Below the pieces are notes generated by a model. It did not search any database. It saw only the letters and a list, made by a program, of their open reading frames with translations, and was not told where the DNA came from. The position numbers were made by a program, and so were the translations under genes. From positions 70,680,001-70,744,000 of the forward strand of contig NC_083413.1 in NCBI RefSeq assembly GCF_020745735.1: DNA of 64,000 nucleotides. Reading direction: 5' to 3'. Shown here in pieces: positions 50,543 through 63,759 of the stretch (position 1 is its first letter; each line of letters begins with the position of its first letter). The stretch is from Hemiscyllium ocellatum. Lineage: Eukaryota.

Positions 50543-50797
50543 GGCTCAGTAAAAAAATAATGAAAAGGGAGAGATCGGAGTATGAAGAAAGCTAGCTGCA
50601 AATGTAAAAATGAATATTAAGAGTTTCTGCCAGTATGTACAAAGGAAAAAAAATAATAATTGAAGTGAGTGGTTATCAGCTAGAGAGTGAATTTAGGAAA
50701 CTAATACTGGAAAACAAGGAAATAACCAAAGAATTGTAGGATATTTCATGCCTGTCTTCACTGTAAAAGGCTTTGAAAACTTATCAAAGACATTAGT

Positions 50798-51124
50798 GGG
50801 CGGCACGGTGGCACAGTGGTTAGCACTGCTGCCTCACAGCGCCTGAAGACCCGGGTTCAATTCCCGACTCAGGCGACTGACTGTGTGGAGTTTGCACGTT
50901 CTCCCCGTGTCTGCGTGGGTTTCCTCCGGGTGCTCCGGTTTCCTCCCACAGTCCAAAGATGTGCGGGTCAGGTGAATTGGCCATGCTAAATTGCCCGTAG
51001 TGTTAGGTAAGGGGTAATGTAGGGGTATGGGTGGGTTTCGCTTCGGCGGGTCGGTGTGGACTTGTTGGGCCGAAGGGCCTGTTTCCACACTGTAAGTCTA
51101 CTGTAAGTCTAATCTAATCTAATC
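50798..51124 (+). mobile_element. HE1-type SINE, full-length and young
   Basis: gggcggcacggtggcacagtgg (A box), ggttcaattcc (B box), CpG-rich, tail (ctgtaagtcta)2(atcta)n; short flanking repeat tagt. Confidence 0.96.
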
Positions 51125-51142
51125 TAGTCACACTTGAAAATC

Positions 51143-51656
51143 AAGAGTCATTGAGTCATACAACATGGAAACAGACCCTTCAGTTCAACTCATCCTTGCC
51201 AACCAGGTATACTAAACTGTACTAGTCCCATTTGCCTGTGTTTGACCCATATCCCCCTAAACATTTCCTCTCCATGTACCAGTCCAAATACTTTTTTAAA
51301 TGTTGTAATTGTACCAGCCTCCACTACTTCCTCTGACAGCTCATTCCATATAAGCAACACCCTCTGCATGAAAACATTGCCCCTTAGGTCCATTTTAAAT
51401 TGTTCCTCTCTCACCTTGAACCTATGTTCTCTGGTTTTGGATTTCTCTACCGTTGGAGAAAGATCTTGGATATTTATCTGATCTATGGCCCTCTTGACTT
51501 CATAAGGCTCTATAAGGTCATCCCTCAGCCTCTAACAATCCAGGAAAAAAAAGGTCCCAGCCTATCTAACCCCTTTCTATGAGTCAACCCTTCCGGTCCT
51601 GGCAATATCCTTGCAAAGCTTTTCTCTACTCTTCTTAGTTTAACAACATCCTTCCT
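51143..51656 (-). mobile_element. CR1 3' fragment
   Basis: ORF 51190-51414 (LRGNVFMQRVLLIWNELSEEVVEAGT); tail gagtcattgagtcatac. Confidence 0.88.
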
Positions 51657-52818
51657 CGATCAGGGCGATGAGAATTGAGTGGTAAAACAGTTGAGGAAAC
51701 AAACAATTTTAAGGGAACAGGTACTGAGAAATTTTTGAAACTAAAAGGCATATAGGCCCCTATGAATCTTCTGGTTTTAAAAGGAATAGCTGCTATGATA
51801 GCAGAGACATATAATCTTCTAAAATTCTTATCACTACAACCTTTACTCAAGCAAGGAAGGAGACCGAAAGTGGGAAGATATAGTCTAGCTGGCCTAATAT
51901 CTACCATAGGAAAACTGCTTTTATCCATTCCTAATGTTATAATGGGATACTTATAAAATCTTAATTGTATCGGGCAAAGTCAACATGGTATTGTGAAAGG
52001 GAAGTCATGTTCAACTAATTTATTCAAGTTCTTCGAGGAAGTAACAAGCAAGTTGAGTAAAGAGGAATCTGTAGATGTAGTGTACCTAGATTTTCTAAAG
52101 GGTTTTGTATGACAAGATGCCACATAAAATATGAGCTCAAGTGAGAGGCAAAATACAATTGCATGTATAAAGGATTGGGTTAGATAACAGGAAGCCGATT
52201 GCAGGGATGACTGGGTATTTTTCAGATTGAAAGGTTCTAGGTATTGGGGTGCCACAGGGATCAATTCTTCTGCCTCAACTACTAACAATCATTATTAATG
52301 AATTGGATGAAGAAGCTGATTTTATGGTAGCTATTTTGGTGAGGAAGAGGCAAGAAATCACATTTTCAAGAAGAGGAAAAGCGTCAGCAAAGGATACAGA
52401 AAGGTGAAGTGATGGCAGAAACTTGGTTAGAAACTAGACTACCACGTGGGAAAATGTGTTGTTTTCCACCTTAGCAGGAAGTATGGAATTATTCCATTAA
52501 AATGAAGAGCGGTTATGGAACTTAGTAAAGAGGGATTTGGGTGTTCTGGGACATGAATCACAGAACATGAGTATGCAGATGCGGCAAGTCTCATAGAAGG
52601 CAAATTAAATCTTATATTCATTCATGGAATGTGGATGTTACTCACCAGGACAGTATTTATCACCCATCCTTAATTTCCTGGAGTACAGTGAAGAGACAAC
52701 CACATTTGCTATGGGTCTGGACTCACATGTCAACCAGAGCAGACAAGGAAGTCAGATTTCCTCCCCTAAAGGACATGAATGAACCAGATGGATTTTTACA
52801 AAAATAGATGATAGTAAT

Positions 52819-55800
52819 ATAGAGCATAGAACATAGAACAATACAGCACAGTACAGGCCATTTGGCCCTTGATGTTGTGCCAACGTTTTGTCCTACACTA
52901 AGATCAAACTAACCTACATACCCTTCATTTTACTATCATCCATGTGCTTATCCAAGAGTTGCTTAAATGTCCCTAATGTATCTGGCTCTACTTCCACTGC
53001 TGGCAGTGCATTCCACGCACCCACCACTCTCTGTGTAAAGAACCTACCACTGACATCCCCCCAATCCTTCCTCCAATCACCTTAAAACTATTCCCCCTCA
53101 TAATAGCCATTTCTGCCTTGGGAAAAAGTCTCTGACTATTTGCTCCATCTATGCCTGTCATTATCTTGTACGCTTCTATCAAGTCACCTCCCATCCTTCT
53201 TCGCTCCAATGAGAAAGGCCCTAGCTCCCTCAATCTTTCTTCAAAAGACATGCCCTCCAGTCCAGGCAACATCCTGGTAAATCCTCCCTGCACCCTCTCT
53301 GAAGTTTCCACATCCTTCTGATAATGAAGCGACCAGATCTGAACACAATATTCCAAGTGTGGACTAACCAGGACACTATAGAGCTGCAGCATAACATCAG
53401 GGCTCTTCAACTCAATCCCTTTGCTAATGAAAGCCAAAACATTATATGCCTTCTTAACAACCCTATCAATATGGGTGGCAACTTTGAGTGATCTATGGAC
53501 ATGGACCCCAAGATTCTTCTGTTCCTCCACATTGCCAAGAATCCAGCCTTTAACCCTGTATTCAGCATTCAAATTTGTTTTTCCAAAATGAATCACTTCA
53601 CACTTTTCCAGGTTGAACTCCATCTGTCACTTCTCAGCCCAGTTCTGCATCTTGTCAAAGTCCAGTTGCAACCTACAACAGCCCTCCACACTGTCCACAA
53701 CTCACCAGCAAATTTATTAACCCACCCTTCCACTTCCTCATCCAAGTCATTTTTAAAAATCACAAAGATCAGAGGTCCCAGAACCAAGCCCTGTGGTCGC
53801 TGAGCTCCAGGCTGAATACTTTCCATCTACTATTACCTTCTATCTTCTATGGGTCAGCCAATTCTTTATCCAGAAAACCAAATTTCCCGATATCCTATAC
53901 CTCCTTACTTTCTGAATGAGCCTACCATGGGGTATCTTATCAAATGCATTGCTAAAATCCATGTGCACCACATCCACTGCTCTATCTTCTGCTCTATCTT
54001 CATCAATGTGATTTGTCACATCCTCAAAGAATTCAAAAAGGCTCATGAGGCATGACCTGCCCCTCACAAAGCCAAACTGACTATCTCTATCAAACTATGA
54101 TTTTCCAAGTAATCGTCAATCATGTCACTCAGAATCATCTCCAATAATTTGCCCACCACAGACATAAGGCTGACTGGTGTGTAATTCCCAGGATAATCCC
54201 TAATCGCTTACTTGAACAAGGGAGTAGCATTCGCCACCCTCCAATCATCTGGCACTACTCCATTGGACAGTGAGTGCGCAAAGATTATCGCCAAAGGCGC
54301 ATCAATCTCATCCTGCACTTCCCTTGGTAACCTTGGGTATATCCTCTCTGGCCCGGGGGATTTATCTATTCTTATGATTTTCAAACTTTTCAGCACATTC
54401 TCCTTCTTAACATCAACCTCTTCAAGCATATCAGCCTGTTTCACGCTGTCCTCACAAACAACAAAGTCCCTCTCAGTAGTGAATACTGAAACAAAGTATT
54501 CATTAAGTTCCACTATCTCCTTCGACTCCATGCACAAGTTCCCTCTATTATCTCTGATCAGCCCTACCCTCATGCTGGCGATCCTCTTGTTCCTCATATG
54601 TGTGTAGAACGCCTTAAGGATTTTCTTTAATTCCATCTGCTAAAGCTTTTTCATGCCCCCTTCTAGCTCTCCTAAATCCATTCTTCAGTTTCTTCCTAGC
54701 TACCTTGGGCGGCACAGTGGCAAAAGTGGGCGGCACGGTGGCACAGTGGTTAGCACTGCTGCCTCACAGCGCCAGAGACCCGGGTTCAATTCCCGCCTCA
54801 AGCGACTCTGTGTGGAGTTTGCACATTCTCCCGATGTCTGCGTGGGTTTCATCTGGGTGCTCCAGTTTCCTCCCACAATCCAAAAAAATGTGCAGGTTAG
54901 GTGAATTGGTCATGCTAAATTGTCTGTAGTGTTAGGTGAAGGGGTAAATATAGGGGAATGGGTCTGGGTGGGTTGCGCTTCGGCGGGTCGGTGTGGACTT
55001 GTTGGGCCGAAGGGCCTGCTTACACACTGTAAGTAATCTAATCTAATCTAACCCTCTAGAGCTCTGTCTGATCCTTGCCTCCTCAACCTTAAGTAAACAT
55101 CCTTCTTCCTCTTGTCACCCAAGGTTCCTTCACCCAACCATCCCTTCCTTGCCTCAGTGGAACAAACCTGTCCAGCACTATCGACAAGCACTTCCTGAAC
55201 AACCTCCACATTTCTGTCATGCATTTTTCTGAGAACATCTGTTCCCAATTTGTGTTCCACAGTTCCTGCCTAATAGCATTGTAATTCCCCCTCTTCCAAT
55301 TAAATACTTTCCCATCCGTCTGCTCCTATCCCTCTCCATGACTATAGTAAATGTCAGGGAATTGTCATCATTATCACCAAAATGTCATCCACCGAGAGAT
55401 CTGACACCTGGCCTGGTTTGTTGCCAAGCACCAAATCCAATATGGCCTCCCCTCTAGTTGGCCTATCTACATATTGAGTCAGGAATCCTGCCTGGACCAA
55501 ACTTTCAAAAACTGCTCCATCCAAATTTTTTGAACTAAGGAGGTTCCAATCAATATGAGGGAAATTAAAGTCACCCATGACAACAACTCTGTTACTTCTG
55601 TACCTTTCCAAAATCTTCCTTCCAATCTGCTCCTCCATGTCTATGTTGCTATGAGGGGGTCTATGGAAACTCCCAATAAAGTGACTGCTCCTTTCCTGTT
55701 TCTGACTTCCACCCAGACTGACTCTGTAGACAAACCCTCCTCTCCGACCTTCCTTTCTGCAGCTGTGATACTATCCCTGATGAGCAATGCCACTCCCCCA

Positions 55801-55862
55801 CCTCTTTTACCTCCCTTCCCATTCCTTTTTGAAACATTTCGACCCCAAACATATATTTGCCA
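52819..55862 (-). mobile_element. CR1 LINE, endonuclease to 3' tail
   Basis: Tail (catagaa)n; ORFs 52988-53623, 53840-54067, 54208-54636 and 55354-55638 (GDFNFP, PTRGEAILD). Confidence 0.93.
54707..55050 (+). mobile_element. HE1-type SINE with a duplicated 5' head, inside CR1
   Basis: gggcggcacagtggca-aaagt-gggcggcacggtggca...; tail (aatct)3. Confidence 0.95.
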
Positions 55863-57183
55863 TTTAGTTTACTTTTTTTATTCCAGATTTTTAAGTTAGC
55901 ATTTAGTGCATATGGAATGGACTGTAAAATTAGGAATGTTTTACTAAAGCTGTACAGGGTCTTAGTGAGATCACACCTGGTATGGTGTGTCCAGGTCATT
56001 GAATTTGACAGACAAGTGAAGGCTTAGTAAGAGCAGACAAGAAAGTGGAGCTGAGACCAAATCAGGTCAGTCAAGATGTTACTGAATGGTCAAGCAGGCC
56101 CAAAGAGCCAAAATGTGCTCTTAAGTTGTTTATTCCTGTATTCCTAAAGGTAACATGCAGATAAAGATGAGAAGTTGCACCCTGCATATAAAGTGTGGTC
56201 TGCACTGTTAAATCATTTGAGCTGTATAGGGCATCATGTATCTTAGATAACTCTGGATATTCAGAAACAAACTGATGTAAGGCCTACAGATTTACCAAAC
56301 ATTTGACTTGATAATAATGGATTAAATTATATGTAATTGAAAAGTTAAAAAACAAGTTATTAATTCTGAAACATTTCTTTCAGGGTCTCAGGAAATAATA
56401 AAATGTGTTTGCTTTAAATTCCAGTGGATTTACTGCGATCACTCTGTTTTGCTCATTAATTAAAGATGGAAAACACTTAAATCTTTTATGTTTTAGTGAT
56501 TATGATAACAAATTTAGGATAAAAACAAACTCATAAATTTATAAACAATATTAGTCTTTCTCTACAATTTTACTCATTGTTTTGATTGCTTCTCAGCTGT
56601 TACAAGAATGAGGTACGATCGCTGTGCTTTGGGGCTGTCTGCTGAATTTTTTTTTAACCAAAACTCGGCAAAGTGTCAAATTCAATGAGTTCCATAGAAG
56701 GTTTCTCTCCAGGAGCTCAAGCATGTTATCTTGTGCAGTGCTGCACAGCTTGCCTCATTACCCATGTATCACACCTCTAGCACACCTCTCTTGCACTATC
56801 ATGCATTGCAGCAGAGAGCCTCAGCACTGCTGGGACCTCTCAGGGATCCTGGTGCTGGCACCATAGTTAGAAGCATATGTCTGCTGACACCACTGATCCT
56901 ATGATCAATGCTGAATGCCCATGATCAGTACTGATTTTTTGAAACTATGTATGTATCCGTCCACATGCAAAATAAAGCCAATTTGTAAATATTTTTTGGA
57001 ATTCTACTTTGTTTAACCTATTTTTTCAATTCTCCGAAAGGCTCTTTCATTTAAATTCTATTATTTTCTGTGTGTTTATTAGCTTTTCATCACCCTTTAT
57101 TATTATATATTTGAGAAATGTCACTGCTACTATGCTCCTGGATATCAGAAAGCACAGCCTATTTAATATGCAGCTGTGCACCA

Positions 57184-57500
57184 TGTCATGGAGTCATAGA
57201 GATATACAACATGGAACCAGACCCTTCGCTTCAACTTGTCCATTTTGACCAGATATCTTAAATTAATCTAGTCCCCTTTGCCACCTTTGGGCTCATATTC
57301 CTCTAAACCCTTTTGTATATCCATCTAGATGCCTTTCAAATGTTGTAATTGTATTAGCTTCCACCACTTCCTCTGGCAGCTCATTTCATACACACATCAC
57401 CTTCCATGTGAAAATGTTGCCCTGAGGTCCCTTTTATATCTTTCACCTCTCAGCTTAACTCTATGCCCTCTCATTTTGGACTCCCCTTCTGTGGGGAAAA
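57184..57500 (-). mobile_element. CR1 3' fragment
   Basis: Reverse complement of the 3' end seen at 1610-1920. Confidence 0.85.
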
Positions 57501-57769
57501 TATCTCTCTCCCCTTCTCCGTCTCTCAGATGAGCAAGGTGCTCCTGACATCAAGATCGACTTCTGTAGTGGACCTTGCCATCACCAACGTTGCTCTGACC
57601 CCTATAAGATTCTGCTCTGTGCATTTTGCAACACAGTTGCCAACATTTGTGACTGGGAAAAAATATGTGACAAAGAACAAAAGATACAAAATATGATCCA
57701 CTCAACTGAAGTCTTACATGTAGAATGCATTAGGCACACTGTAAACAGTTTCTTGGGAAATCTTCCTTT

Positions 57770-58745
57770 CACAGAACCACAACAGTATTATGGCACAAAA
57801 CGAAGGCATTCAGCCCATCTTGTTTGTACCAGTTCTTGAAACGAGCATCACTATCTACTGACAACGTCTTGCTTTCTTGTGAGAACCTTGCACATTATTT
57901 TGTCCAAATAATCATCCAAAACCCTCTTCAGTGTCAGAACTGAACTTGCGTCCACCACTTTCAAGCAGTGCATTCCATACCCTGATGACTTGCTGTTGAA
58001 CAAGTATTCTCTCAACCCACATTTTTGCAGAAAGTTTTAAAACTACTCTCGTTGGTTCTGTATGCGTTTTTAAATCAGAACAGTCCTGTCCGAGATACTC
58101 TGTACAGGGCTTTCATGACTTTGAAAACCTCCATCAGATCTTCTCCTTGCCTTTTTCTCACCCAGGAGAACAGTCCCAATGTATTGAATTGACCATTATA
58201 ACTGAAATCTCATTGCTGGATCCATGCTTGTTAATTGTTTCTGCAAAACTTTCAATGCATTAACATTCTTCTTTTAGTATGATGTACATAACCTCCAGTT
58301 GAGGTCTGACAAGTGTCTTGCACAAGTTCAATGTCAGCTCTTTTTTCTTGTGGTCCATCCTCTATTTTTGAGGTTGAGGACACTGCTTTTTAAATTGCTC
58401 TCTGAACCTACTCGAACATCTTCAGTGTTCTGATCACATAGACACCCAGGTCCCTCTGCTATTATATTTCCTTAGGAATTGTAATCCCTATTTTATATCA
58501 TTTTTTAATATTCTTCCTAACAAAATGCATCACACAACACTACCTTACATTGAACCCCATCTGCCACCTTTCCGACTATTCCAAAAAATGTTCTACATCC
58601 TTTGGGAGTTCTACAGTGTCCTCTACACAGTTTACAATTGTTCTAAGTTTAATATCTTCAGCAAATTTTGAAGTTGACTGCTTCATATCAAGATCTAGCT
58701 CGGGAACCTTTATTGGAAAATCAATTCATTTTAGAGAACCACGTG
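57770..58745 (-). mobile_element. Old CR1 RT to 3' fragment
   Basis: atcttcagcaaattt (KFAED on the minus strand), acacccaggtccctc (RDLGV) and ggagaacagtccca (LGLFS). Confidence 0.7.
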
Positions 58746-59147
58746 ATTAAAATACATCAAGGTTGCTTGAACTCGGTTGAATCTCATATAAACTGGAATA
58801 TACCTATGATGGATGTCACTGGTTTAATGGTTTGAACTGTTAAGCCCTCATATATTGTTGAGCCTAAAAAGGACTTAAGAGCAATTTTAGTTGACGTTTC
58901 ATATACATGGAAGGATGCCAATATGCCAATTGTACTTTGATCGGCTCCTTGAGACACGCTCAATCATTCACAATCTCCCATTCTTTGTTCATTCTTATAT
59001 TTAAGCATTTAACCATCTTTATTTCAATAGTTACCACTGAATTTGCTTCCACCCCCATCTCAGAGAGTGCATTCAACTCAAACCAAATGTGCTGGGTAAT
59101 CATGATCTTCTAACTCCAATTCTTCTGACTGGAACACATGCCGAGAT

Positions 59148-59491
59148 CATAGAATCTCTACAGTGTGGAAGCAGGCCATTCAGCCCATCGAGTCCACACC
59201 AACCCTCTGAAGAGCATCCGACCCAGACCCACTCCCCTAATCTATCCATGTAACCCTACATTTCCCATGACTAATCCACCTAGCCAGCACATCCCTTGAC
59301 GTATGGGCAATTTTAGCAGGGCCAGTCTGCTTAACCTTCACATCTTTGAACTGTGAGAGGAAACCAGAGCACCCGAAGAAAATCTGTGGGGAAACTGTGC
59401 AAACTCCACACCAATCCCATCACTGGAATTGAACACGGGATAGCGTGGCACTGTGAGGCAGCAGTGCTAACCACTGAGGCATTGTGCCACC
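59148..59491 (-). mobile_element. HE1-type SINE
   Basis: catagaatctctacagtgtggaagcaggcc...ctgtgaggcagcagtgctaaccactgag. Confidence 0.9.
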
Positions 59492-60839
59492 TATTTGTTG
59501 TCAATGAAAAATAGCAATGAAGTGAATACAACTTCACACAGGCTATATTAATCTTCAGCTTATGCCTCAGTTGTAATGTCAGGTTTGGAAAGCAACAAGA
59601 GGACAAGTTAAACAAAAGATTGAAGAGGAGAAGACAAAAGTTTTGAGTTAAGTCATTCTATCCTTACTATTTCAAAAATACTTTCATTACAGAAAATGCT
59701 TTTTATCAAAACAAAGACTGAAACCTCACTGATTTTCTTGTTGACTGTCAGAAAAAGCTCATCTTGTACTTTTCAATTTGATAATAAAAAGCATGGTTTG
59801 CCAATGACACGGTACAATAATATAGTTCCAAGCCAATCCAGACAGGTTTGGAAACCCTGCTGGAGTTTACAGGAATTATGAATCAATCTCCCGGACACTG
59901 CTGTGTGCAAATTTGAAGAACTGTCAGGGACATTAATAAAAGACTTTCTTGACATTTTCATCAAAAATTTCTTTTTAATCGGAATTGAAAGTATTGAGAA
60001 AAGATTATTTGGTGGAGAATCAAGCATCATTTAATCAGGTAATGAGCCTTTGTGCTTTACACAAAGGCAGGGCAACACAGAATGGATGTTTTGACAAATT
60101 GTTGGAGCAGGGGGCAAATCATGTGACAAAACCTCCCAAAATAGCTTGAATCACAATTCACCCTAATTTCAATGGTGGATACTACAGCATTTAATTCCTG
60201 ATTTACACCAAGTTTACCAATCTCAATAATTATGACTTTGGAATTCAATAGTGCTCTTCAGCATCTCTTGGCTGGGAAGGAGAAAGAAATATCAACCCTA
60301 GTTCTCTTCCTCATCAATTTTCAGAATGCCATCGAGAGGTATGCACATGGTTTACATTATTGCCGATGATTAATAACCTGCCAACATTCACTGCCTGTGC
60401 TATTGATGAAGTACAGCCAATTGGATTTGCAGCACAGTCAATCACCAACATTTACCACAATGCATTTACTCTTTGTGACACTACTAGAATAAACTTTTCT
60501 CACTTCTGTTCAACTGGGTGGCCGATTGAGTTTAACAGATCCAGAACTAGGGACCATACATCTAATGGCTCATGGAGAAATTGAGTGGTACTTTCACTAG
60601 TTTACTTTATCTTCTTGGGTCTTCTCTGACAAAATCACCCTGATGATTTTGGTCCTCATAACTGAGTCCTGCTCTCCCACATATTCAAGAGAGGCTGTCC
60701 TAAAGGCTTAGCTACATTTTACACATTTGTCCGTGGAAACACGTATACACCCTTTTGGAAACTACCTTGTGGCTTCAAGACCTCACTGCTCTGTTAATAG
60801 TGGCAGAGAATCATATTAAACCTCAATATATATGGCAGT

Positions 60840-61840
60840 AAGTGACCAGTGGGAGTTCCACAGTGGTTCCTATTAGGACCACAACTTTTCATGATGTACA
60901 TTGACAATCTGCATGAAGAAACTGATAGCATTGTTGCTAAGTTGGCAGATGACACAAAGATAGATGGACGGACAGGTAGCGTTGAGGAAGTGGGGAGGTT
61001 GCAGAAGGACTCGGACAGGCTCGGAGAGTGGGCAAAAGAGTGGCAAATACAGTACAAAATGGGAAAGTGTGAGATTTGGCAATTTGTTGGAAGAATAGAG
61101 GCACAGACTATTTTCTAAGTAGGGAGAGAATTTGAAAATCTGAAACAGAAAGTGATTTGAGAGTCATAGTACTGGATTCTCTTACAGTTAACGTGCAAGT
61201 TCACTTGGTAGATAGGAAAGCAAATGTAATGTTAACATACATTTTGAAAGGCTAGAACACAAGAGCAGTGATGTACTGCTGAGACTGTATAAGGTTCTGG
61301 TCATACCGCATTTAGAATATTGCGAGCAATTTTGGGCCACATAAGGAAGGATATGTTGGTCTTGGAGGGGTTCCAGAAGAGGTTTATGAGAATGATCCAG
61401 AGAATGAAGGGTTTGTCATATAAGGGATCCTTGAGGACTCTGAGTCTATACCCATTGGGGTTTGGAAGGATGAGGGGGCAATCTCATTGAAACTTACAGA
61501 ATACTGAGAGGTGTGGATTGAGTGGAAGTGGAGAAGATGTTTCTATGTGTAGGCGAGGCAAGGACTTGAGGGTATAACTTCAAAATGAAGGGATGACCCC
61601 TCAGAACTGAGACGAGAAGAAATTTCTTCAGCCAGAAGGTGGACACTCTGTGGAGCAGAAGCTGTGGAGGTCAAATCATTTAGTGCATTTAAGAGAAATA
61701 TAGATAGATTCTTGATTGCAAAGGGATTCAGGGATAAAGGGAGAAAGTGGGAGACTGAGGTTGAGAACATTAGTCATGATCAAATGGTGGAGTACACTCA
61801 GTGGACTGAATTGCCTAATTCTGCTCTTAGATCTTATTGT
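60840..61840 (+). mobile_element. CR1 RT to 3' fragment
   Basis: ORF 60849-61118 (GVPQWFLLGPQLF..LADDTK); EYCEQFWA; CR1 3'UTR. Confidence 0.88.
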
Positions 61841-63759
61841 CAAAGTTTAAAATATCATGTGAATTTATTTTACAAAAGATGGGCTAACAGATCAGCATGT
61901 TTACTGGCAATAAAGAGTTTTCGACTGAATTTGTTTGAACAAAATAGTGAAGGGGTCACCAAGTACACATCTGTCCTGGTGGTTTGTGGCTAGTGGAAGT
62001 TATGTGCCATTTCAACACATAATCGGATGCAGATGTGCATAACTCTGAAGTAATCTGGCAGTACCACATCACAAATTCAACCTTCTCCCTCAACAGGAAA
62101 TGCTGCTTTTAGGACAACTCAGGACAAAACATTCTCAAATGAGACACCCACTTCTTGGAAATCAGCAATGAGGCAATAATTTTTAAAACTAAAACAGGGT
62201 GTAAAATGCTACTGAGGTGATGGACATTCTGATGTAGTTCTTTCCTTCTTTCTCCTGGTTGGTCATGTAATGTAACATTCAAGCAGCAGGTGTTCATCTG
62301 AAATATTCACATTGACTCAATCTGACTTTCACATTCTTAAGTCGTTAGTCAGCCTCCCCATCTCTTCCAATATCTATTAGAATGGGGCCGAACTGGGCTG
62401 TAAGGATAAGGGCAATATTTGTCAAAACTAATTTCTTCTGACCCAGGAGAGGGTCAAAATCCAGAAGATAAACTTGTCATCCTCTGACATGCCCACCTTC
62501 AATCTCCATTAATCAGCTCTGCTGGGGAATGCTTCCTGACTATTCTCCTGTCACCATGACTTTATTGACATTGGCACAAGACAGGAGGGTCCTGGTGTTA
62601 AAATAACCTGAATCCCGGTCAGTTCTCTCCCCTGCCTAAAGCTTACCGCTCTCTCCAAATTAAAATTGGGTCAACTTGCTTGAAAACACCAAATATCAAA
62701 TTGTTTGAGAGAATATTTACACATCCTAGCTAGTTCTGTAGTTCAACATTTCATGGGACAGGTATAGTATAGGTTTTTTAGTTTTATTTATGTTTATTCT
62801 CTGTCAGATGAGATTGCCAAAGACCAAACTGGATGGAGATAATTCTACAAAAAAAAACTGGTACAAACAGAAAATATCAAAGGCAAGTTTCATCTTCTGC
62901 TGCTTGTCATAGGTTAATTTAAATACTTGCAATTTATTTTGAAAAGTATTGTATGGGAAGTCTCCTTGCCCCATTCTTGCAGTTATCAACTCAAAAAATG
63001 GAAAATCAGGTTCAAAGTGTGATATAAGATAATGATTCAAAATGGATTACTGCGCATGTAACATGGCAGATCTAGGTGTACCAGCTCCCAAGATCCTAGT
63101 AATTCTGCCCAACTACAATACACTTTATTGTTATCTAAGAACAGGGCCTTTTTCTGTTGTTACACTACAATGGTGTATCCTTTACCAATTATCACTAGAT
63201 AGGTCCAAAACAAAACAAAGACAAAGAAAACCTGGTGACTTGGAACCACCTCAGACAACTCTGACCCATTACCACCTACTGGTCAATGTGGCAAATACCT
63301 CAAGGTTCCTGAAATATTCATCTGGGAAAATACCACACACAGACTTGATAAAAATAAGGGATGAATGGCCAAAGTCAAACTTGGGGTCAAAATGAGGGCT
63401 GCTTTATTTGATATTACCCAGCACCACAAATCTAACATTTTAGAATTTTGTATATTCCAGTTTAAGGCATTAAGACAAAGACATTGAGCTCATGATCAGG
63501 AGGCTGAGCAAGAAAGAAACCTCCACTGCTAATTGACACAGCAGTGAATCTGCAGAGTTACTGTCTTTGCTGTTTGAGTTCATGTAGCTCTGGACATCGG
63601 AGTGTCGACAGGAAAAATGAACAAATAGCAAAATTCACAACTGACCTTGGAGGAACCAGTGTGGGAGGGCTTACAGCAGAGGAACAGATACGTGCATAGT
63701 TTTTAATGTGTAACCTTGCTGTAAGTCTGCAGCAGTGAATAGAGTGGGCTCTTTCTTCA

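Larger units (their letters stand above)
50550..56145 (+). mobile_element. Old CR1 LINE (host) in pieces 50550-50797, 51660-52615 and 55875-56145
   Basis: Collinear ORF2 remnants (KSFCQYV, QHGIVKGKSC, VYLDF, GVPQGS, LYRVLVRSHL) on the + strand, separated by younger inserts. Confidence 0.7.

Noticed and set aside
50798-50875. tRNA-like sequence at the SINE heads
   Set aside because: A and B boxes are present but run into the SINE core with no acceptor stem; these are SINEs, not tRNA genes.
50834-51088. Recurrent peptide CGRKPEHPEETHADTGRTCKLH in several ORFs
   Set aside because: It is the translation of the antisense SINE core, not a protein family.
59880-60045. Open frame INLPDTAVCKFEEL...GGESSII before a CAG/GTAAT
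   Set aside because: There is a stop before the donor, no clear acceptor and no recognisable homology.
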